DNA of 6,610 nucleotides from a plasmid: sequence record NZ_CP023428.1; one strand, 5' to 3'. Shown piece by piece: positions 1 to 4,626 of this stretch (position 1 is its first letter; each line of letters starts with the position of its first letter). The notes under the pieces were generated by a model. It saw only the letters and a program-made list of their open reading frames with translations, ran no database searches and was not told where the DNA came from. The position numbers and the translations under genes were made by a program.

Positions 1-15
1 ACAAAGTTTATCTTT

Positions 16-33
16 GGTGTAACGCACTACACC
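16..33 (-). other. Candidate oriT (MobV-type) hairpin with nick-site-like loop
   Basis: Minus strand reads GGTGTA-GTGCGT-TACACC, a 6-bp perfect stem with a 6-nt loop. The loop GTGCG/TTA resembles the pMV158 oriT loop GTGTG/TTA (nick in loop) by recollection. The Mob gene is on the same strand; if the window is circular the site is about 60-80 nt upstream of the mob start at 6565. Confidence 0.45.
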
Positions 34-59
34 AAATTATGCCCATGGCAAATTTGGAC

Positions 60-230
60 GTGCGACCTGCGGTGCTGGTGGCTCTCTCATTCTCGCTATC
101 GCATCGAAAGTTCGTGCCACTTGTCGGCTGTCTGCCGACCCGACTTTTCCGCCGATGAGAGATCGGCAGAAAATCGGAAAAACCCTTGCTACTCCCGCAG
201 CATTTGACCGCATGAACAAATTGTTCTGTG
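60..230. other. GC-rich palindrome-dense non-coding block; candidate single-strand origin (sso, possibly ssoU-like) next to oriT
   Basis: Perfect IR GTCGGC-TGTCT-GCCGAC (123-139). 12-bp stem with one mismatch, TTTTCCGCCGAT-gagag-ATCGGCAGAAAA (145-173). A TAGCGA (CS-6-like) motif on the minus strand at 94-99. GC content is well above the plasmid average. The overlapping 60-63 aa ORFs (37-219 -, 155-346 +) have no RBS and one runs into the IR at 310, so they look spurious. Confidence 0.3.
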
Positions 231-309
231 TGTCAAATTTTCAATTACAGAAAGTATGCTGTGAAACCGTGCATCTACTTTCTCATTTTATAAGGATCTT
301 CCCCATAGA

Positions 310-347
310 GGTACACCGTCAGGAAAATGCGGATTTACAACGCTAAG
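310..347 (+). repeat. Left 38-bp terminal inverted repeat (outer tip degenerate: GGTACA instead of GGGGT[A/T])
   Basis: Positions 7-33 are identical to the right IR. Confidence 0.6.
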
Positions 348-350
348 CCT

Positions 351-369
351 ATTTTCCTGACGGTACCCC
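351..369 (-). repeat. Extra 19-nt copy of the IR outer tip (GGGGTACCGTCAGGAAAAT on the minus strand), in the same orientation as the right IR, 3 bp inside the left IR
   Basis: It matches the right-IR tip at 18 of 19 positions. Together with 316-328 it forms a 13-bp stem (CCGTCAGGAAAAT / ATTTTCCTGACGG) with a 22-nt loop. Confidence 0.5.
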
Positions 370-511
370 TTTATGTACATAATATCCTCTCACAATGTTA
401 GTTTACAGTTAGCATTACAAAATTATGGTATTGTTATTCATAATTATTTATGTTGGTTATAGTAAACATGTTATTACAAAGATTGACCAAATAATCTTTT
501 GTTAATTGCAA

Positions 512-540
512 AACAAAAAAGACAAGTTATTTAACCTGTC
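512..540 (-). terminator. Rho-independent terminator for the hsp20 operon
   Basis: Minus strand reads GACAGGTTAAATAACTTGTC (7-8 bp stem with one G-U pair) followed by TTTTTTGTTTTG. It lies about 85 nt downstream of the 57-aa ORF stop. Confidence 0.5.
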
Positions 541-624
541 TTTCTCTTTCGATGAATTAATTACAATTTAGGTACTATAATGATTATTTATTAGCTTATA
601 TAAAGCCTATGATCCTTATCAGAT

Positions 625-798
625 TTATAAAAAGCTTTTCTTAATATTATCTGTTAACTCAGAAATGACCTTTTTCTTTTGTTGTTCAGGTGAATGAATA
701 GTTAAAATTATCAAATCCACCAAATCAGGACTTTCTTTAGCTAATTCCTGCATGTAGTCATACCCGAAATCTTTCATGACCAGTAGCAATTTACTCAT
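625..798 (-). CDS. Hypothetical 57-aa protein coupled to hsp20 (MSKLLLVMKDFGYDYMQELAKESPDLVDLIILTIHSPEQQKKKVISELTDNIKKSFL)
   Basis: Its ATG is 1 nt after the hsp20 TAA (..CAG TAA C ATG AGT..), so it may be translationally coupled. It has no SD of its own. An open frame of this length is uncommon in such AT-rich DNA. It is below the 60-aa cut-off of the supplied ORF track. Confidence 0.3.
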   Translation of the reverse strand: MSKLLLVMKDFGYDYMQELAKESPDLVDLIILTIHSPEQQKKKVISELTDNIKKSFL

Positions 799-799
799 G

Positions 800-1237
800 T
801 TACTGGAAACTTACATCTATCTTCTTTTTTACGTCCTTCGCCACTTTTGGCATTGTTATTTCAAGTATTCCATTTTTGTACGTAGCTTTAACCCCATCAT
901 GTGAAACGGGGCTTGGAAGTGTTATCATACGTTGAAAACGACCTGTATAGCGTTCCTTTTTTAACATATTTTCTTCTTTTATTTCATTGGTACGCTTGAT
1001 AGAACCACTAATGCTTAATCTGTTATTTTGTATATCAATATCTACATCTTCTTTCTTTTCAAGACCAGGTAAATCACATGTTGCCACAACCTCATTCTCA
1101 GTTTCATGAACATCAACTCGAATCCCACCTATACCATGTTCATTGTCAAACGAAATTGGTAATTCCGAAAAGAAACGATCGAATTCTCTTCTCATATTTG
1201 ATAATTGTCTAAATGGATCATAAGGTACTAATGACAT
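800..1237 (-). CDS. Small heat-shock protein, Hsp20/alpha-crystallin family (145 aa)
   Basis: Alpha-crystallin domain signature: ..VDVHETENEVVATCDLPGL.KEDVDIDI..NRLSISG......ERYTGRFQRMITLPSPV..DGVKATYKNGILEITMPK. The strong RBS AAGGAGG (1243-1249, minus) with a 7-nt spacer points to ATG at 1235-1237 (MSLVPYDP...). The upstream in-frame ATG at 1297 has no RBS. Confidence 0.88.
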   Translation of the reverse strand: MSLVPYDPFRQLSNMRREFDRFFSELPISFDNEHGIGGIRVDVHETENEVVATCDLPGLEKKEDVDIDIQNNRLSISGSIKRTNEIKEENMLKKERYTGRFQRMITLPSPVSHDGVKATYKNGILEITMPKVAKDVKKKIDVSFQ

Positions 1238-1462
1238 ATTCAATCCTCCTTGGTTATTTTCAAAGATATTATTCCAATTTTGTATACGTTTATTCATAAA
1301 TCCTTTACTTTACGTTCTGTACAAATGGATTCGTATCTGTACCAATTTTTAGAGTGTTTCTTATGGTGAATCCACCTCGTGATTCTGGCAAGTGAAAATA
1401 TTACCTCACCTTGCTTCTTCTGCTTAGAGTTGGAGAAGCAGGTTTTTGTTTCCCAAAAATAG

Positions 1463-1500
1463 TTTAACGTTGTAAATCCGCATTTTCCTGACGGAACCCC
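1463..1500 (-). repeat. Right 38-bp terminal inverted repeat with intact GGGG tip (minus strand)
   Basis: Reverse complement of 1463-1500 is GGGGTTCCGTCAGGAAAATGCGGATTTACAACGTTAAA. Confidence 0.6.
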
Positions 1501-1512
1501 ATAGAGGACAAA

Positions 1513-1566
1513 GGCATAAAAAAAAGAGAGAAGAAGATTAATCTTCTTCTCTCTTTTTTTTATGCC
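1513..1566. terminator. 54-nt perfect palindrome (24-bp arms GGCATAAAAAAAAGAGAGAAGAAG, loop ATTAAT); bidirectional terminator-like
   Basis: Arms 1513-1536 and 1543-1566 are perfectly complementary, with an A-run on one side and a T-run on the other. It lies 13 bp outside the right IR. The last 8 codons and the stop of the 61-aa ORF lie inside it. Confidence 0.55.
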
Positions 1567-1723
1567 TTTTCCATAACTCATCAAGAATAAAAGCAACGAT
1601 GATAACAACAACTAAAACTATTAATGTCACAGTAAAAGAAAAATGTTCTCTCACACTTACCATTAATAATGCCCCTAAAGCTCCAAACACAAAACTCATT
1701 AGTAATTTCACTGTGAAATTCAT
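1538..1723 (-). CDS. Small membrane protein, 61 aa, two predicted TM helices, basic/acidic C-terminal tail
   Basis: MNFTVKLLMSFVFGALGALLMVSV...FTVTLIVLVVVIIVAFIL..KRHKKKREED. The RBS-like AAGAAGGG is only 1-2 nt before the ATG, which is short spacing. It is divergent from the secreted-protein gene. Confidence 0.45.
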   Translation of the reverse strand: MNFTVKLLMSFVFGALGALLMVSVREHFSFTVTLIVLVVVIIVAFILDELWKRHKKKREED

Positions 1724-1829
1724 ACCCTTCTTAATTTTCTCTTAATTTAATTCAAAATTTAAACAAAAAATCCCAATAAGAGGTATATTATATACGGGCC
1801 CATATAACCAAAGAAGGGATGTTTTTTAA

Positions 1830-2369
1830 TTGAATGGTAGCATAAAAATTGTATTAGCTTTAGTAATGTCTTTAGTTTTATTGATTCCTACGAACAGTAT
1901 ACTTGCTGCTCAACAAAATAACAATGAACAGAGTAAAGATATAACAACACCAATAGTTCCAACCACTTTTTCTCAAAATGGTATTACCTGTTCTTCAAAC
2001 CAAACTAATCAAAATATAACTATCCAACAGCTTCCTGGTGACTATTTAAATTCATGCAAAATTGTCGCTACCAAAAAGTATGATAATGTGAAATATACAG
2101 ATTGGGAAAATAAAATTATTCCAGCAATTGCAGGTGGCGTAGTTGGAGTTATAGGAAACTATATCGCTCAAGGACCATTAAAAGCTTTTGTTTTCGGAGC
2201 AATGACAACAGTATATTTAAACTATCCTAAGAGCAAACCAGTTTATGTAACTATTCAACACAGACAATGTAAAGATTCCCTAGGTTATCATAGACAATTA
2301 ATCATAAAAAGCTACAAAGATAAAAAACGAACAAAACATATTTCAACACAATACAAATGGGTTAGTTAA
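1830..2369 (+). CDS. Secreted protein of unknown function (179 aa; Sec signal peptide, cleavage predicted after ILA^AQ) with an internal glycine-zipper hydrophobic segment
   Basis: TTG start with AAGAAGGGA 11 nt upstream. The N-terminus MNGSIKIVLALVMSLVLLIPTNSILA-AQQ is a typical signal peptide. The mature part is Q/N/T-rich and then carries IIPAIAGGVVGVIGNYIAQGPLKAFVFGAMTTVY. There are three Cys residues and a basic C-terminus. The gene is followed by a strong terminator. Confidence 0.75.
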   Translation: MNGSIKIVLALVMSLVLLIPTNSILAAQQNNNEQSKDITTPIVPTTFSQNGITCSSNQTNQNITIQQLPGDYLNSCKIVATKKYDNVKYTDWENKIIPAIAGGVVGVIGNYIAQGPLKAFVFGAMTTVYLNYPKSKPVYVTIQHRQCKDSLGYHRQLIIKSYKDKKRTKHISTQYKWVS

Positions 2370-2400
2370 AAAAAGCAGGCCTTAAAGGTCTGCTTTTTTT
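2370..2400. terminator. Bidirectional rho-independent terminator between convergent genes (secreted protein and rep)
   Basis: AAAAAAAGCAGGCC-TTTAAA-GGTCTGCTTTTTTT. The stem has one G-U pair, with an A-run upstream and a T7 run downstream. The rep stop TAA (2399-2401, minus) overlaps the T-run. Confidence 0.7.
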
Positions 2401-3424
2401 ATTTGATTATGTAATTTTTAATGCCAGGATGCCAATAAGCCATAACCTCAAATGCACCATTTGCAACCTCGTCATCTTCTTCCTCAATCTTGACCAGATC
2501 GCCGTCCTCCGCATCACCAAGATTCAGCTCTTTATGTATCTCCTTCAAAATGCCACCGTATCCAATTAACCTTCGAGCTGCCAACGCATCATCCAAGTAA
2601 AGCACCGTGTTCAGATTGTCTTCAGTCACCTTATTGCCGCGCACAACATCCGTATCCTTAACCGGATATTTAGAAATTTCGAGAACAGCTTTTTGCTCCA
2701 TCATTGCTTCCCGCACATCGTTTTCAATCAGTTCAGCGTCAATCTTGGCTTTACCTTTCACTCGACGAATATCAACAATCGGAGTGTAATCCAATTTCAT
2801 CGCCTTTTTCCAAAGGCTCGTCCACTCCGCCTGCTTAATATAGTTTTTCCCAAAATAATTTTTCCTTACTGGTATCAACACATGAAAATGAGGATGGTAT
2901 GTATCTTCTTCATGATTTTTGGTAATCTCTAAAGCTCTGAAAAATCCAAGAACCGAAGTTTTTACTTTTTTGTACTGGAACAGTTTCCTAAAGCCTTCCA
3001 TCATCTCAGAAATTTGTGGCTTCAGCCGTTCTCCCTTTACATTCCGAACCGTCAGCGTGAGAAAAATCCATCCGCAGCCGTACTGCCGATTGGCTTCCTC
3101 TACGATCAACTTATTGTGATAAGCAATTTTTAACGACCTGCGCCACGCACACATCGGGCATAACCTCACTTTACAAAAATGGGCTTGATACAGTTTTAAC
3201 TTGCCCGTCTCCGGGTCTCTCTTAAACGAAAGATACTCTGCACAACTAATTAGTTTTTCAGCCTTTTTGCCATAGTAAGGTGCCCCAATCTTACTCTCTA
3301 ATGCTTCGTAATGCTCCGCCATGAGGTTCGTACGTCTCTTTTTCCCCTTCCAATCCCGCTTTTTACCTGTTGCGGTTTTATCTTCGAGGATGCTATAATC
3401 GTTTTCAGATGAATAAATCAACAA
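2399..3424 (-). CDS. rep: Rolling-circle replication initiator, Rep_1 family (pUB110 RepU / pC194 RepA type), 341 aa
   Basis: Extensive collinear similarity to pUB110 RepU as recalled, e.g. KLYQAHFCKVRLCPMCAWRRS, FLTLTVRNV, EITKN..DTYHPHFHVL, AMKLDYTPIVDIRRVK, EISKYPVKDTD, LIGYGGILKEIHKELNL.DAEDGDL. TTG start (TTG TTG ATT..) with a GAAGGAG RBS. Confidence 0.95.
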   Translation of the reverse strand: MLIYSSENDYSILEDKTATGKKRDWKGKKRRTNLMAEHYEALESKIGAPYYGKKAEKLISCAEYLSFKRDPETGKLKLYQAHFCKVRLCPMCAWRRSLKIAYHNKLIVEEANRQYGCGWIFLTLTVRNVKGERLKPQISEMMEGFRKLFQYKKVKTSVLGFFRALEITKNHEEDTYHPHFHVLIPVRKNYFGKNYIKQAEWTSLWKKAMKLDYTPIVDIRRVKGKAKIDAELIENDVREAMMEQKAVLEISKYPVKDTDVVRGNKVTEDNLNTVLYLDDALAARRLIGYGGILKEIHKELNLGDAEDGDLVKIEEEDDEVANGAFEVMAYWHPGIKNYIIK

Positions 3425-3480
3425 AAAAACTCCTTCTGAGCTAGTTCTCTAGCATTCTATTATTTTGATTCGACACCTTA

Positions 3481-3510
3481 ATAATAGCAGAAGGAGTTTT
3501 TACCTGTCAA
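3481..3510 (-). promoter_or_regulatory. Putative sigmaA-type rep promoter (TTGACA - 18 nt - TATTAT on the minus strand)
   Basis: Minus-strand TTGACA at 3510-3505 and TATTAT at 3486-3481. The predicted leader is about 50-60 nt long. The 11-bp IR AACTCCTTCTG (3428-3438) / CAGAAGGAGTT (3488-3498) overlaps the rep RBS and the promoter spacer. Confidence 0.45.
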
Positions 3511-3554
3511 AAACCGATCTAACCCTTGACACACAAGACTTTGAACTGATTTTG

Positions 3555-3600
3555 AAAAATGATGTTGTTTCTATATAGTATCAAGATAAGAAAAGACCCG
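3555..3600 (-). other. Double-strand origin (dso) of the pC194/pUB110 family, with the conserved nick motif CTTGATA
   Basis: Minus strand reads TTTTCTTATCTTGATACTATATAGAAACAACATCATTTTT. The pC194-family nick block TCTTATCTTG^ATA lies at 3579-3585 and is about 150 bp upstream of rep on the rep strand. Confidence 0.8.
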
Positions 3601-3621
3601 ATTTCGGCTCCGCCAAAATCG

Positions 3622-3656
3622 AAAAAAAGCCGGCTGAAAACAGCCGGCTTTTTTTA
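3622..3656. terminator. Bidirectional terminator (AGCCGGCTG-AAAA-CAGCCGGCT flanked by A6 and T7)
   Basis: 9-bp GC-rich stem at 3628-3649, with an A-run at 3622-3627 and a T-run at 3650-3656. Confidence 0.65.
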
Positions 3657-3685
3657 AAACCTAAAACCCAAAGATCAAAACCATT

Positions 3686-3716
3686 CTTCCCCCGCAGGGG
3701 GGGGAGATTTTTTTTT
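3686..3716 (+). terminator. Plus-strand rho-independent terminator (CTTCCCCC-GCA-GGGGGGGGAG + T9)
   Basis: G/C-only stem at 3688-3702 followed by nine T residues at 3708-3716. Confidence 0.6.
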
Positions 3717-3717
3717 C

Positions 3718-3752
3718 AAAAATCGGCTTTTTTTATACGAAAAAGCCTTTTT
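3718..3752. terminator. Weak AU-rich bidirectional hairpin+T-run (GGCTTTTT-TTATACG-AAAAAGCC)
   Basis: 8-bp stem at 3725-3747, with TTTTT after it and AAAAA before it. Confidence 0.35.
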
Positions 3753-3860
3753 AAGCATCCAAAAGCACTTTTTTCATGGAACAAAAGAAAATGGATGGTT
3801 CGGCATCTCAAAAGATTTCCAAACAGCCGAAAATGGAGCACTGGGTTAAAAATAACAAGG

Positions 3861-3887
3861 CGGACTCTAAAGAGTCTGCTTTTTTTA
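3861..3887 (+). terminator. Plus-strand terminator (GCGGACTCT-AA-AGAGTCTGC + T7)
   Basis: 9-bp stem with one G-U pair, followed by TTTTTTT. Confidence 0.55.
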
Positions 3888-3899
3888 TTTTTAAACGTG

Positions 3900-4245
3900 T
3901 TTAAATGCCCCTACATTCAATTTTAAGAGCTTCCCCCTATAAAAGGTCATCTTTTTTATTTGAAGCTCTCAGAAACGATTCTAAGCATCCTGAAAAGCAT
4001 TCTTTATTCTCAACGAGCCTTGCAACAGTTCTTGGGCTTTGCCCAAACCCACCAACGGACGGCCGTTGGATGCCAGCATTCAATCCCCCCAACCCCCCGC
4101 ATCTTCGGGGGGCTCCCTCGCCGGTTGGCGTCAAACAAACGGGTTTGTTTGAGTGCTGAAAGGGTTCGGGTGGCGCTGAGCGAGTCAACTCCTTAATCCT
4201 CCCTACGGTCCGGTTACCGTTGACTCACGCCAAAATCGCATCACT
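3900..4245. other. GC-rich, highly structured non-coding block; candidate single-strand origin (ssoT/ssoU-type) or structured ncRNA
   Basis: A series of perfect short palindromes: CCAACGG-acgg-CCGTTGG (4058-4075), CCCCCCG-catctt-CGGGGGG (4087-4106), CAAACAAAC-gg-GTTTGTTTG (4131-4150), and GAGTCAAC...GTTGACTC (4182-4189 / 4219-4226) enclosing ACGGT-ccggtt-ACCGT. It is bounded by terminators on both sides. The overlapping ORFs (3905-4159 +, 3937-4188 -, 3960-4196 +) lack RBSs and overlap one another in this GC-rich DNA. Confidence 0.35.
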
Positions 4246-4249
4246 GCCT

Positions 4250-4290
4250 AAAAAAAAAGAACCCTCACCGCCAAAAACGGTAAAAGGGTT
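4250..4290 (-). terminator. Minus-strand terminator downstream of the VbhA-like gene
   Basis: Minus strand reads AACCCT-TT[ACCG-tttttgg-CGGT]G-AGGGTT followed by CTTTTTTTTT (complement of A9 at 4250-4258). Confidence 0.6.
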
Positions 4291-4336
4291 TAGGTTCTAA
4301 CAACAGCTATGAATATTATAAGCCCCTGCAGGTACA

Positions 4337-4498
4337 TCACATCAAAGAAAGCTCAAACGCTTTTTGTATGTATTCTTCCTCTGTGATTTCTCCATGAAAC
4401 CGTCTTTCTAAAAGCTTTTCCTCTTCTTCCGTCAGCACTAAACCCTCAAAGCCAAGGGTTGCTCTTACATATCTCATTCCTGTTTCAAAATCACTCAT
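4337..4498 (-). CDS. VbhA-like (Fic-antitoxin-type) small protein, 53 aa; no cognate Fic gene in the window
   Basis: MSDFETGMRYVRATLGFEGLVLTEEEEKLLERRFHGEITEEEYIQKAFELSLM. The pattern EGL-x9-ER-x3-GE[IL][TE]-x3-[YV]I parallels Bartonella VbhA (..SQRLEGLEPDPQVVAQMERVVVGELETSDVIKDL..) as recalled. The RBS GGGGGAG plus a 5-nt spacer supports the ATG at 4496-4498; the track ORF starts 11 codons further upstream without an RBS. Confidence 0.55.
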   Translation of the reverse strand: MSDFETGMRYVRATLGFEGLVLTEEEEKLLERRFHGEITEEEYIQKAFELSLM

Positions 4499-4578
4499 TG
4501 GCACTCCCCCATAAACTAAATACAGTCCCAACCTGATAAAAGAACGGAACAGCTTTCTTTTTAAATGGCTCTAAATAA

Positions 4579-4591
4579 AGGGCTTTGCCCT
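4579..4591. promoter_or_regulatory. Small palindrome AGGGC-TTT-GCCCT in the divergent promoter region (candidate operator for the MerR-like protein)
   Basis: 5-bp perfect IR between the divergent genes at 4498 (-) and 4627 (+). Confidence 0.25.
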
Positions 4592-4626
4592 CACTATAGC
4601 GAACCCTTTTTACGAGGTGATACGTT

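Larger units (their letters stand above)
310..1500. mobile_element. Non-autonomous Tn3-family-like element (TIME/MIC-like) carrying hsp20; 38-bp terminal IRs, 5-bp TSD ATAGA
   Basis: IRL 310-347 GGTACACCGTCAGGAAAATGCGGATTTACAACGCTAAG versus the reverse complement of 1463-1500 GGGGTTCCGTCAGGAAAATGCGGATTTACAACGTTAAA. They match at 32/38 positions and the mismatches cluster at the outer tip. The GGGG tip and ACG(C/T)TAAG inner end are Tn3-family hallmarks. The 5-bp direct repeat ATAGA sits immediately outside both ends (305-309 and 1501-1505). No transposase or resolvase lies between the IRs. Confidence 0.6.

Noticed and set aside
37-346. 60-aa (minus) and 63-aa (plus) ORFs in the first 350 bp
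   Set aside because: They lie in a GC-rich palindromic block interpreted as an origin region. The plus one reads into the transposon IR. Neither has an RBS.
1238-1460. CIRCE or sigB promoter upstream of hsp20
   Set aside because: I searched for TTAGCACTC-N9-GAGTGCTAA and GTTTAA-N12-15-GGGTAT on the minus strand and found no acceptable match. Only a weak TTGCCA-N17-CACCAT sigmaA-like candidate exists, which is too poor to call.
1294-1611. 105-aa minus-strand ORF
   Set aside because: It runs through the right terminal IR, the TSD and the 54-nt palindrome. Its low-complexity K-rich and L-rich translation makes it almost certainly non-coding.
2607-3119. Three plus-strand ORFs (60, 79 and 66 aa) inside rep
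   Set aside because: They are antisense to a confidently identified Rep gene, have no RBS and give low-complexity translations. They are typical antisense shadow ORFs.
3776-3901. 41-codon ATG ORF (MEQKKMDGSASQKISKQPKMEHWVKNNKADSKESAFFIFKRV)
   Set aside because: It has no Shine-Dalgarno and its C-terminus is encoded by a terminator hairpin. It is kept only as a note within the terminator-array finding.
3905-4196. Three mutually overlapping ORFs (84, 83 and 78 aa) in the GC-rich block
   Set aside because: They occupy all frames of a palindromic GC-rich region, have no SD, and give Pro/Gly/Arg-rich translations typical of GC-rich non-coding DNA.
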